DNA from: Candidatus Latescibacterota bacterium
Lineage (GTDB): Bacteria; Latescibacterota; UBA2968
NCBI GenBank assembly: GCA_965207885.1
Contig: OZ242311.1
Span: 5,056,001 to 5,120,000 of the forward strand
Reading direction: 5' to 3'
Length of the DNA: 64,000 bases
Positions 38,722 to 47,698 of this stretch are shown here, one piece after another (the first letter of the stretch is position 1; the number at the start of each line of letters is the position of its first letter). The translations under genes were made by a program, and so were the position numbers. The notes below the pieces were generated by a model. It saw only the letters and a list, made by a program, of their open reading frames with translations, searched no databases and was not told where the DNA came from.

Positions 38722-39711
38722 ATGTCTGAACTTCCACAACCAACCGAAGACCTCGCACAGGTCAAAACACAACTCGACACCTACGGGTATGGCCTGCTCG
38801 CCAACGCGCTCGATGCAGAAGACCTCTCAAAAATAAAAACCCGTCTAAAAGAACAAGCCCTTGCCGAAAAACAACGCGGGCTTGCATTTGAAGACGGAGG
38901 TGCAAAACAAAACTGGGGGGATTTTAGGAATAAAAACGGGCAGGTACGCGCAGGGGCGTTTACACAATCGGCGGGAGGTATCAACCAGCGCGTGTGGATG
39001 CTAATCAACAAAGGTCGGGTATTTCAAGACATGCTATTACACCCAGGGGTTCGCAACATCATAGATCACGCACTGGGCAATGATTATTTGCTATCGAGCC
39101 ATTCGGCCAACATCGCCAAACCCGGCGGCGTTCCCATGCGCCTGCACACAGACCAGTGGTGGATGCCCATGCCAACGCGCGCAGACCGAATGCATTTGCC
39201 CGCAGGCTCTATCACCCGCGAACAAACAGACGAAACCGATACCGCATCCATCTGGCCCCGCGTCGTCATCAACGTAGTATGGATGATCGGCGACTTCACA
39301 GCAGAAAACGGCGGCACCCGCATCGTCCCCGGCAGCCACCTGTGGGGACGACGCCCAGACAACCCCGATGACAACGCCATCGAAACAGTCGCCCTCGAAG
39401 GTCCAGCCGGCACAGTTGGATTCCTCGACGGACGCATCTGGCACGGCACGGGAGCCAATATAAGCGATCAACTGCGCTGGGCCATACTCACCACATTCTG
39501 CGGTCCCCAATTCCGTCCGCAGGAAAATTTTACCATAGGCACAGTTCCCGAAGTCCTCGCCGAGGCATCGCCCGATCTTCTCTCTTTACTCGGATTCAAA
39601 GTGTGGAATGCCTACGGGCGTGTCGAAAGCCCAGCCGTAGAATATATCCAACCTGGAGAACAATCCCTGGGAGAACTGCGCCCCAACCTCACATCTGGGA
39701 GAAACCCTTAA
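38722..39711 (+). CDS. Phytanoyl-CoA dioxygenase (PhyH) family protein
   Basis: LHTDQ (HxD), DFTAENGGTRIVPGSH, WHGTGAN, RPQEN. Confidence 0.92.
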   Translation: MSELPQPTEDLAQVKTQLDTYGYGLLANALDAEDLSKIKTRLKEQALAEKQRGLAFEDGGAKQNWGDFRNKNGQVRAGAFTQSAGGINQRVWMLINKGRVFQDMLLHPGVRNIIDHALGNDYLLSSHSANIAKPGGVPMRLHTDQWWMPMPTRADRMHLPAGSITREQTDETDTASIWPRVVINVVWMIGDFTAENGGTRIVPGSHLWGRRPDNPDDNAIETVALEGPAGTVGFLDGRIWHGTGANISDQLRWAILTTFCGPQFRPQENFTIGTVPEVLAEASPDLLSLLGFKVWNAYGRVESPAVEYIQPGEQSLGELRPNLTSGRNP

Positions 39712-39735
39712 ACGCGCAGCTTTGTCAAAATAGGT

Positions 39736-39822
39736 AGGGGGCGAACGGTTCGTGGTGGGCCGCCTGACATTGGTCGGTGGTGCGGGCAACCGCACAGGGT
39801 TCGAGTCCCTCGCCCTCTGCCA
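39736..39822 (+). ncRNA. tRNA-like RNA 1 (8/4 allo-tRNA/tRNA-Sec-like fold, 4-nt anticodon loop)
   Basis: AGGGGGCG/CGCCCTCT acceptor (8 bp), CGGTTC/GGGCCG D-stem, CTGAC-ATTG-GTCGG, GTGCGG-GCAA-CCGCAC variable arm, AGGG-TTCGAGT-CCCT T-arm, G-CCA end. Confidence 0.8.
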
Positions 39823-39843
39823 AAAAAATAACAGCATAAATGC

Positions 39844-39936
39844 AGGGGGTGAACGGTCCAAGGTGGGCCGCGGGCAGCAAAACACAAGCCCGCGTGCGAA
39901 TTTTCGCATGGGGTTCGAGTCCCCCTCCCTCTGCCA
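39844..39936 (+). ncRNA. tRNA-like RNA 2 (8/4 fold, 12-nt anticodon loop)
   Basis: AGGGGGTG/CTCCCTCT acceptor, CGGTCC/GGGCCG D-stem, CGGGC-AGCAAAACACAA-GCCCG, GTGCGA-ATTT-TCGCAT variable arm, GGGG-TTCGAGT-CCCC T-arm, G-CCA end. Confidence 0.8.
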
Positions 39937-39938
39937 GC

Positions 39939-40712
39939 CTACCCAAACATCTCTTTTGCAAACGCCAAATTCTTCTCTCCCGATGCGATAGGATCAGCAC
40001 CTCCGGGCGTTTCAAAAATCAGCCAACCCTCATAACCGATCTGTGCAATCGCATCTCGACACGCGGGAAAATCCACATCGCCCTCGCCCAGATCAGAACG
40101 CCGCGTATCTTTAATATGAATCAATTGTGTGTGTTCAGGTAAAGTAACGAGCATATCTACCGAATCGTACCCGTATTGCAGTGCATTCGCCGTATCTTGA
40201 TACACCCCCACCATCTCAGACCCCACACCATCGCAAATCGTTCTCAACAACCCCGGTGAAAAACTCGTCTCCAGAGCAACCTTAATACCCTCGTCTTCAG
40301 CGACAGGGGCACATCGTTTCATATCCTCAATCAACAATTCTGCATGCGCGCTCGACATATCGAGATTCTCCCCATCGAAATACGGGAGTAAAATACCGAC
40401 TCCCCCCATCCCCTTACATGCGCGAATCGCCTTTTGTACAAGCTCCACCACGCGATCGCGCACAGCCTCATCTTCCTCATTCCCCTTGTATTCTCGAAAC
40501 AGGGCAAAACTGATAGAACACGCTTGCGCGCCCGTCTCCTCAACCCATCGTCCAACCTCCTCCCGGCCCGCCGCGCTCAAAAGCCAATCCAACCGCTCCT
40601 CCTCTCGCAGCACAATCTCCACCCCATCAAACCCGATATCCCCTGCTGTGGCAAAAGCATCTTTTCCCCAATCCATATTCAGACTCGCATTGCGAATCCC
40701 GTACAAAAACAT
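39939..40712 (-). CDS. Sugar-phosphate isomerase/epimerase (AP endonuclease 2 TIM barrel)
   Basis: GFDGVE, ALE, YQDTAN, IHIKD, LGEGDVDF, GYEGWLIFE. Confidence 0.88.
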   Translation of the reverse strand: MFLYGIRNASLNMDWGKDAFATAGDIGFDGVEIVLREEERLDWLLSAAGREEVGRWVEETGAQACSISFALFREYKGNEEDEAVRDRVVELVQKAIRACKGMGGVGILLPYFDGENLDMSSAHAELLIEDMKRCAPVAEDEGIKVALETSFSPGLLRTICDGVGSEMVGVYQDTANALQYGYDSVDMLVTLPEHTQLIHIKDTRRSDLGEGDVDFPACRDAIAQIGYEGWLIFETPGGADPIASGEKNLAFAKEMFG

Positions 40713-40751
40713 AGCAAATCCTTTCGTGAATGTTGTGTGTAGTATCAACCT

Positions 40752-41663
40752 CTACGCCTCATACGGCACCCCGGTGCGCCGCAACTCCTTGGTCACTGCA
40801 ATCTGACACGTAACATAGCCACCCATATAGCCCGTAGCATAGCCGGGCCGCGCATCGCCAATCGTGCCCACAATCATATTGGCGTATTCATACGTCGTAT
40901 CGTAGCGATCAATAATCAGCGCCACCATCTCCAGCCATGCCAGCCTGAGAGCCTCACCCCATTCAGCCGCCCGGGCACTCGTCAGATACTCCTCAGCGGC
41001 CTCTACCACCGTAGTCGTCTCCACCACCGGACTGCTATTGGGAAACCCGGGAGAGCGATCCGCCTTTATAGTAACCGCCGCATCGATCTCCACACCAGCA
41101 CCTGTCAACTCGCCATCGCCCATCCGAGCATGGACATCGCCCAGAGAGAGCAACCCCCCGGGCTTTTGGGCGCGAATATGCACAGTACTGCCCGGCTGCA
41201 CCGCATTAAAATCCATATTGCCGCCGTGATCAATCGAATGGGCAGCCCACGGTTCCAACTGAACCACGCCAACCATGGGACGCACCGGCACCACAAAATC
41301 CGGCGGAAAGTGGATCAACCCATCGCGCACTGGCGCAACGCAGCGCCAATTGCCCCAGTTTGGCCCTCCGTTGCGATAAAAACCGTAAGGACCCACCTCA
41401 ATATCGATAATCTCAATAGCGACCCAGTCATCAGGCGCAATCTCCTCAATGCGAAAAGGACCACCACGACGGGCATAGCGGCGGTGGCTTTCCCCGGAAG
41501 TAATCATCCCCGCACGAACCTCACCAGCAGCCTCAAAATCATTGTCGGCTCCACCAATCGTCTCAATAACAACAGTTTCACCCAGGGCAAGCGTACCCCG
41601 CACCTCGCCAATAGCCGGATCATCCGGACCGCTGTAATAAGGCGTTCGCGTAAAGCGACGCAT
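40752..41663 (-). CDS. Acetamidase/formamidase family protein
   Basis: GPF.IE, RPMVGV, HGGNMD, LSLGDVHARMGDGEL. Confidence 0.88.
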   Translation of the reverse strand: MRRFTRTPYYSGPDDPAIGEVRGTLALGETVVIETIGGADNDFEAAGEVRAGMITSGESHRRYARRGGPFRIEEIAPDDWVAIEIIDIEVGPYGFYRNGGPNWGNWRCVAPVRDGLIHFPPDFVVPVRPMVGVVQLEPWAAHSIDHGGNMDFNAVQPGSTVHIRAQKPGGLLSLGDVHARMGDGELTGAGVEIDAAVTIKADRSPGFPNSSPVVETTTVVEAAEEYLTSARAAEWGEALRLAWLEMVALIIDRYDTTYEYANMIVGTIGDARPGYATGYMGGYVTCQIAVTKELRRTGVPYEA

Positions 41664-41691
41664 AGAAAATCTCCTTATGTAATAGGTACTT

Positions 41692-42813
41692 TTACCGTGG
41701 ATCCCCCGGTCGCCAGCGGTGCTTCTCAACACCGTCCATATCGAGTTCTATACCCCAGCCCGGTCCCTGTGGCAGCAATATACACCCGGCTTCAATTCTC
41801 AGCGGCTCAGTGATAATCTCATCCCGCCATTCAATACCCGTGACCAGTTCCATAGGCGCGACATTGGGTATAGACGCCATCAGATGAGTTGCCGCGGCAA
41901 TGCCCACCGGACCCTTGGTATTGTGCGGCGAAATGGGAACGTGGTACGTATCGGCAATCGCAGCAATCTTCCGAACCTCCGTAATCCCCCCGGCATACAT
42001 CAGATCCGGCTGGGCAATATCGACACCATCCAGATCCAACAACTGGCGGAACTGGCTCCTCGTATTGAGCCGCTCCGACCCCATCACCGGAATATTAATA
42101 GCGTGTCGCACCTTGGGATAAGCACTTAAATCGTCTGGCGGCACCGGATCCTCAAACGCGTACAGACCAAAAGGCTCCAATACTCGTGCCAGACGAATAC
42201 AACCGGACACAGTCAAACGCCCGTGACAATCGATAAACAGCTTGACATCGGGACCCACTGCCTGGCGCACCGCCTCAAAACGGGCGGCTGTTTGTCTGGG
42301 ATCGCCCGTCTCGACATACGGATCAAATTGATCATCACTATCGCTACCCATACCGCCTTTAAGTGCCCGAAAACCGAGTTCCACCAGCCGTTGCGCATGC
42401 GCCGCAGCCGTCTCCGGCGTACTCCCGCCAAAATGGGTGTACACCTCGACCCGATCGCGGAACACACCGCCCAATAACTCCACAACCGGCATACCCGCCA
42501 CCTTGCCCTTTATATCCCACAAAGCCTGATCAATACCGGATAACGCACTCATCCATACAGGCCCGCTCATGCGCCAGATACCGCTCAGCGAAGACTGCCG
42601 AAACAAATAGTACCACAGATACTCAATCCGCGCGGGATCACAACCGATGAGTTCTTGTTTCATATGCTCGACCGCAGCGCAGACCACGGGTTCCTTATTC
42701 GAATACGTGGCCTCACCCAAACCCATAAGCCCCTCATCGGTATGGACCCGAACAATCGTCCACTTGCGGCCAGGAGAATTAATCATAATAGTATCTATAT
42801 CGACGATCTTCAT
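41692..42813 (-). CDS. Mandelate racemase/galactonate dehydratase-like enolase-superfamily enzyme
   Basis: TDEGLMGLGE, SGIDQALWDIKGK, DCHGR, EDP, ERL, QPD, PHN. Confidence 0.9.
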   Translation of the reverse strand: MKIVDIDTIMINSPGRKWTIVRVHTDEGLMGLGEATYSNKEPVVCAAVEHMKQELIGCDPARIEYLWYYLFRQSSLSGIWRMSGPVWMSALSGIDQALWDIKGKVAGMPVVELLGGVFRDRVEVYTHFGGSTPETAAAHAQRLVELGFRALKGGMGSDSDDQFDPYVETGDPRQTAARFEAVRQAVGPDVKLFIDCHGRLTVSGCIRLARVLEPFGLYAFEDPVPPDDLSAYPKVRHAINIPVMGSERLNTRSQFRQLLDLDGVDIAQPDLMYAGGITEVRKIAAIADTYHVPISPHNTKGPVGIAAATHLMASIPNVAPMELVTGIEWRDEIITEPLRIEAGCILLPQGPGWGIELDMDGVEKHRWRPGDPR

Positions 42814-42835
42814 ACCGCGATCCAAACCCAAAAAA

Positions 42836-43783
42836 TCATTCCAATTGACCTTTATGTCCCGCCTCAATCGCTTCGCACAACCTCATCGTCTTGATCGCAT
42901 CCTCAAGCGTGCTCCAAGGCTGCGTATCGTTTTGTATGCACGCCACGAAATGCCGGGTCTCGTTAAAGTCGGGACCGCCGACCGATTCCAGATCCAGTTC
43001 GCCCTCGAACGGCCCTCCGTCAGCATAGATCTCACACCTGGGGCCACTTGTGAGATCCACATACGCGCTGAAATCTTCCGCATGCGCTTCAAACCGCTGA
43101 ATGCGGTATCCAACAGCGTAGTGGCTCATCATCACGCCCCGGCAGCCGCTTTCGAACTTGATCACGGCATTGTGGCGCATCTCGGCAGGGTGGGAAGGCG
43201 CAGACCACGCCTCTGAGTAAACCTCGACAGCATCACCTGCCAGCCACCGCAACAGATCCACATGGTGGATCGCGTCCAATCGGATAAGATGGCCGACATC
43301 CCGGACCTTGTCCCCAATATGCGGCTTGTTGTACGTCGCCGCCACATGAACGGGTCCACCTCGATCTTGCAGCATGGCCCGAATCGCCAGCACTTCTGGA
43401 ATGTACCGCCGGTTTACCGAAACAATCGCCCTGGCGCTGGATCGCCGTTCGGCCTCCATCATCCGTCGGGTCTGATCCGAACTGATGCCCGGCGGCTTCT
43501 CGACCGAAGTGTGCAGCCCGGCCTCCAGACAGTCGATCACAATGTCGGGCAGTGGCCCCGGAAAGGTCACAACATAGACCACGTCTAATTGCACCTTCTC
43601 GATCATCTCCCGGTAATCCGTAAAAAGGGACGTCACGCCGTGCGTTTCTCGCGTGTGCGCCAATCTTTCTGGATCCAGGTCTGCAACCGCAACCAACGCC
43701 ATTTCCGGCTCGTCATGGATCATCCTGAAGTGGCTCTGTGCATGACCCCCCGCACCGATAATCCCCACTCTTAGCTCTGACAT
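42836..43783 (-). CDS. Gfo/Idh/MocA oxidoreductase
   Basis: VGIIGAGG, EKP, NRRY, IHHVDL. Confidence 0.92.
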   Translation of the reverse strand: MSELRVGIIGAGGHAQSHFRMIHDEPEMALVAVADLDPERLAHTRETHGVTSLFTDYREMIEKVQLDVVYVVTFPGPLPDIVIDCLEAGLHTSVEKPPGISSDQTRRMMEAERRSSARAIVSVNRRYIPEVLAIRAMLQDRGGPVHVAATYNKPHIGDKVRDVGHLIRLDAIHHVDLLRWLAGDAVEVYSEAWSAPSHPAEMRHNAVIKFESGCRGVMMSHYAVGYRIQRFEAHAEDFSAYVDLTSGPRCEIYADGGPFEGELDLESVGGPDFNETRHFVACIQNDTQPWSTLEDAIKTMRLCEAIEAGHKGQLE

Positions 43784-43798
43784 CGTTGTACCTCTCTT

Positions 43799-44614
43799 TC
43801 AAATACAATGAGACCCAAACTCGCGGTATTCTCGCACCGGCAACTCGTGATACTCGCGCACCAGCTTTTCCAGGCGTTCACAGGCCAGTTCAAAAATGCG
43901 CGCACCCTTTTCCGCACTCGCAGCAAACGCATCGCCCATAATACCCGTATCCTTTTTCGTATCCCGCCTCCGCTCGGCAAACTCCGCAAACGACAGATCA
44001 TCGCTAAACGGCCTTGTCCCTGTCACATCGCTATCAATACGGTTCTTATCAACCAGATGTTCGCGCAAGTGAAGCTGCACAGCCGTCTCCCACTCCCCGG
44101 CGTGTCCCACGCCTTCATTTGTCGCACTCCATTCCCTCAACTCCTTATCCACCATATCCCACCAGCTAAATGAAAGCGTAAAAATATTCTCCTCTGCCAC
44201 CTGCCAGGAAACAGCGCGACAGGGCGCGGCATTGCCCCCGTGTCCATTCACGGAAATAATCCGCTTGAACCCATTGGCATAAATACTCCGAAAAATATCC
44301 GCCAGCAAATTCTGAAACGTCTCCAAACGCAAATTAATCGTACCGGGAAATCCCATATTATAATGCGTAAACCCCGACCACACCGGCGGCGCGACAATCA
44401 CGGGAAAATCATCCACGCGCTGGGCCACAGCCACCGCCATATAGAACGGCGCCGAAATATCCACATCCATCGGGCAATGCGGCCCGTGCTGCTCCACGGA
44501 TCCCACCGGCACAATCACCACAGGATCGCGCTCCAAAGCGTCCTCAAACTCATGCCGCCACATCTCCTGCCACATCACCTTCTTATTGCTACCATCATAA
44601 GAAACTCTATACAT
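43799..44614 (-). CDS. Creatininase-family amidohydrolase
   Basis: PVGSVEQHGPH.P.D.D, NGHGGN, HAGEWET. Confidence 0.92.
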   Translation of the reverse strand: MYRVSYDGSNKKVMWQEMWRHEFEDALERDPVVIVPVGSVEQHGPHCPMDVDISAPFYMAVAVAQRVDDFPVIVAPPVWSGFTHYNMGFPGTINLRLETFQNLLADIFRSIYANGFKRIISVNGHGGNAAPCRAVSWQVAEENIFTLSFSWWDMVDKELREWSATNEGVGHAGEWETAVQLHLREHLVDKNRIDSDVTGTRPFSDDLSFAEFAERRRDTKKDTGIMGDAFAASAEKGARIFELACERLEKLVREYHELPVREYREFGSHCI

Positions 44615-44633
44615 AACTAATCCTCCCAGAAAC

Positions 44634-46403
44634 TCACCCCATCGCAAACCGCAAACAGAAATCTTGCGATAGTTCTTCCGGTGTAAAAATTACGCGCGTG
44701 ACCACCTCATCTGTGCGCCCTTCTTTTGACTCCTCTTCAAATCGCTTGACCGAAAACGCGCCCGGTGTATCCACTGCAGAAAGTGTAACACCCTCGCCTT
44801 CGGGACCAATCTGAACCAAATCCCCGTCAACCTGCACATCCTCAAACGTAATAAACCCTTCCTCAAGCGTCTGCGGCACACTGCTAAACACATAGCGATC
44901 TTCTATTGTCAGAACATTCCCATCCAGCACAAAGGTGCGCGTCAGACTCTTCACCGTACCTTCGGGATACGCGTGTGTCATATCTATCACCGCGCGTTTT
45001 TCGCCCTCACCATTCAAATTCTCTACCTCCAGCGTACCGAAATACTCCCCGCCGGGCTGCTGCAACTGCCCGTCGATCACGGGCACAGAATGACCCAGCG
45101 CATTGCAAAACAGAATATCGTAGCGATCGGGACCAAAGGTCTTCTGGCTATAAACAGGACCCGCGGGATCCGTCAACCAGAGCGCATCCCCGCGATGCAC
45201 AATAAAACTGCCGATATCGTTGTGATTGTGCGGCACTCCATTATTACCCGCCAGACACATCAGCGTCAACTGCTCTTTCCCGGGCGTCCCCCGCAACTTC
45301 GCCTGTCCCAAATCGGGCAAAACATAATCCCGGTCATCCGTCTCTACCTCCACCTCAAATCCGGAATACATCGCCATGCTGTGCATATCTCGCACCTTCA
45401 AAGTATTATCCGAATGCTTGTCGCACAGGGCGTATAGTTCGGGCATATCAAAAAACGCATTGACAATCATCGCAGACCGCGCACCCGTATATCCGTGGCT
45501 CGAATCCGCAAACGTCGAGCGCAACGCACCCTGAATATGCGCCGCGAGCGGATACTGGCATATCCGATGAATTTTACCAGTCTCATCCACCATCAAATTC
45601 AATTCCCCATTGGTCTTCAAATACAGCGCATAGGCAACGTACAAAAAATGCCCAAAACCGTATTCCCAATACCCCGGCCCCTCTTCGCACCCGCCATCAT
45701 CTGTAAAGCCATCCAGCGCATACGTCAAATTCACAATCGCCGCGTGGGTCATATGAGCCAGCACATCGGGATCCTGGATCTGATACAGCGCGGCGCGAAT
45801 AATCTCGCCATTGCAAACGTGATTCCAATTCATCCGCACGGTCTTCCAAAAATCCAGATGTCTATAATTCCAGAACGGCTCAAAAATATGCTCCTCAATC
45901 TTCCGCGAAACGCGCGCTACCACTTCTTCTTCGAGTTGATCACCCAGAACATGTAAAATTTCTGCAAACGCAGCCCCCAATGCAGCCGATCCCAGATCAA
46001 TAGCCCGACCTTCGTGCGCGGCCATCACCCAGGTATGATCGTCGCAATACGCCCAGAGCAAATCCTGCAAATAATCCACATCGGCATTGGGATGTCCCAG
46101 CCACAAAGCCATCGCTGCCCGCTCCAACTCGCGTCTGCGATTGCCTGCCACAGCCTGTGGCAAATTGCGATCTCCAACCCGCTGATAATTGCGAAAAGCC
46201 GACCGCTTCAACACGGGAATCTCACGGCTCCCATCCAGATTCTCGCTCAAATCATCCCACACCTCATTCTTCTTCGCCAATTCCCTCGCCCGCTCCACCG
46301 CCTCTGCATCCTTGAGATACGGCGCGGGTGATTGATCTGCATTTCTCTCGTAAATCTCCGCCAGATCGGACATCGCAACATCCCTCAGCAACATCTTCAC
46401 CAT
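44634..46403 (-). CDS. Heparinase II/III-like protein
   Basis: NWNHVC, DGGCEEGPGYWEYG, HNHNDIGSF, HSVPVIDG. Confidence 0.85.
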   Translation of the reverse strand: MVKMLLRDVAMSDLAEIYERNADQSPAPYLKDAEAVERARELAKKNEVWDDLSENLDGSREIPVLKRSAFRNYQRVGDRNLPQAVAGNRRRELERAAMALWLGHPNADVDYLQDLLWAYCDDHTWVMAAHEGRAIDLGSAALGAAFAEILHVLGDQLEEEVVARVSRKIEEHIFEPFWNYRHLDFWKTVRMNWNHVCNGEIIRAALYQIQDPDVLAHMTHAAIVNLTYALDGFTDDGGCEEGPGYWEYGFGHFLYVAYALYLKTNGELNLMVDETGKIHRICQYPLAAHIQGALRSTFADSSHGYTGARSAMIVNAFFDMPELYALCDKHSDNTLKVRDMHSMAMYSGFEVEVETDDRDYVLPDLGQAKLRGTPGKEQLTLMCLAGNNGVPHNHNDIGSFIVHRGDALWLTDPAGPVYSQKTFGPDRYDILFCNALGHSVPVIDGQLQQPGGEYFGTLEVENLNGEGEKRAVIDMTHAYPEGTVKSLTRTFVLDGNVLTIEDRYVFSSVPQTLEEGFITFEDVQVDGDLVQIGPEGEGVTLSAVDTPGAFSVKRFEEESKEGRTDEVVTRVIFTPEELSQDFCLRFAMG

Positions 46404-46430
46404 ATTTCACCTCTCAAAAAATAACACAGC

Positions 46431-47687
46431 CTACCCAAACCGATCCACTTTCAGTGCAGACAGATCAATAGAAGGCACTTCATCGGAAACCAATTCTGCC
46501 ACCAACTTCCCAGTAACAGGCCCCAGAGAAATGCCAATCATCGCATGACCGGCAGCGACAATCACATTCCCAACCCCGGGAGCGCGACCGAGAAATGGCA
46601 CCCCATCGGGCGTACAGGGCCGCAAACCGCACCAGATTTCTATCATATCGAGATAATCGGGACTCAAATCGGGAAAATACTCGGGCACAGCCCTGAGAAT
46701 AGCCTGCACGCGCCGCTGATTGATCGAAAAATCGAGACCCGCCAATTCGAGCGTACCCGCAAACCGTAGCATATCACCCATAGGCGTAATACCGACCTTT
46801 GCTTCCCCCAGAGAAAATGGCGTTGTCGGACAAGCATCAGGTCGCTTAAAAGTAATACTATACCCCTTGGCAGGTTGAATCGGCAGATTGATACGAAGAT
46901 CCTTGGCAATCACAGGCGACCAGGATCCACCCGCCAATATGATATGCTCCGCCTGGAAATCCCCCCGAGTAGTCTTCACAGTAACCACGCGACCGCGCGA
47001 AATTTCAAACCCCAGAACCTCTGTCTCCCTGTGAATGCGAACGCCCTTTCCACCAACGTAATCCGCCAGCCCACACACAAAGCGATGTGGCACGAGATGG
47101 GCATCCTCGGGAAAAAATATCCCCCCAAGCACCCGTATCCGAATACCCGGATTTAATGCCACAATCTCATCGGCATTGAGAACCCGTGTCTCAACCCCCA
47201 TTTCCGACAAAAAACGCGCGTCTTTAACCGCCTTTGCCAAACCCTTCTCGGTTCTATACGCCGTGATCGTCCCCCTCTTCTCAAACCCAAAATCCATGCC
47301 CTCGAGCGATGCCATATCTTCAAACAACGCCACACTCGCCATATTCATCGCCCGAATAACAGGCGTAGCCCGTACAACATGCTTCTCATTACATGCACGG
47401 CGAAAATGCCACAACCAGGAAATCAAATCCCGGTCCAAACGCGGCTTAATATAAAACGGACTCTCTGGATTCAACATCCACTTCAGGCTTTGAGACACCA
47501 CCCCCGGAGCGGATAGAGGTATGCTGTGACTCGGCACAACAAGCCCCCCATTCCCATACGAACACCCCGAACAAATATCGCCTTTATCAACCAGCGCGAC
47601 ATCTCTACCCGCAGCATTCAAATAATAAGCCGAGCAAACACCGATTGCTCCACCGCCAACAATCAATATCTCTGCCTGTTCACTCAT
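46431..47687 (-). CDS. FAD-dependent D-amino acid dehydrogenase (DadA-like)
   Basis: GGGAIG, CSYGNGG, PAKGYS, WCGLRPCTPDG.P.LG, GHAMIG. Confidence 0.9.
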   Translation of the reverse strand: MSEQAEILIVGGGAIGVCSAYYLNAAGRDVALVDKGDICSGCSYGNGGLVVPSHSIPLSAPGVVSQSLKWMLNPESPFYIKPRLDRDLISWLWHFRRACNEKHVVRATPVIRAMNMASVALFEDMASLEGMDFGFEKRGTITAYRTEKGLAKAVKDARFLSEMGVETRVLNADEIVALNPGIRIRVLGGIFFPEDAHLVPHRFVCGLADYVGGKGVRIHRETEVLGFEISRGRVVTVKTTRGDFQAEHIILAGGSWSPVIAKDLRINLPIQPAKGYSITFKRPDACPTTPFSLGEAKVGITPMGDMLRFAGTLELAGLDFSINQRRVQAILRAVPEYFPDLSPDYLDMIEIWCGLRPCTPDGVPFLGRAPGVGNVIVAAGHAMIGISLGPVTGKLVAELVSDEVPSIDLSALKVDRFG

Positions 47688-47698
47688 CTGTACAGACC

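Noticed and set aside
39736-39936. Calling the two RNAs canonical tRNA-Ser, tRNA-Leu or tRNA-Sec (selC)
   Set aside because: Neither has a 7-nt anticodon loop or a UCA anticodon, and a 7/5 fold leaves a mismatch at the T-stem base in both, so they are reported as tRNA-like ncRNAs.
39736-39936. Y RNA (YrlA) or tmRNA interpretation
   Set aside because: Each unit has a free acceptor end with CCA, no Ro-binding stem or tag reading frame is evident, and no rsr, rtcB or smpB gene is in the window.
39725-40142. ORFs 39725-40015, 39752-39991 and 39840-40142
   Set aside because: They overlap the tRNA-like elements and the epimerase 3' end; the repeated GEGLEP/GGGLEP peptides are just the antisense T-arms.
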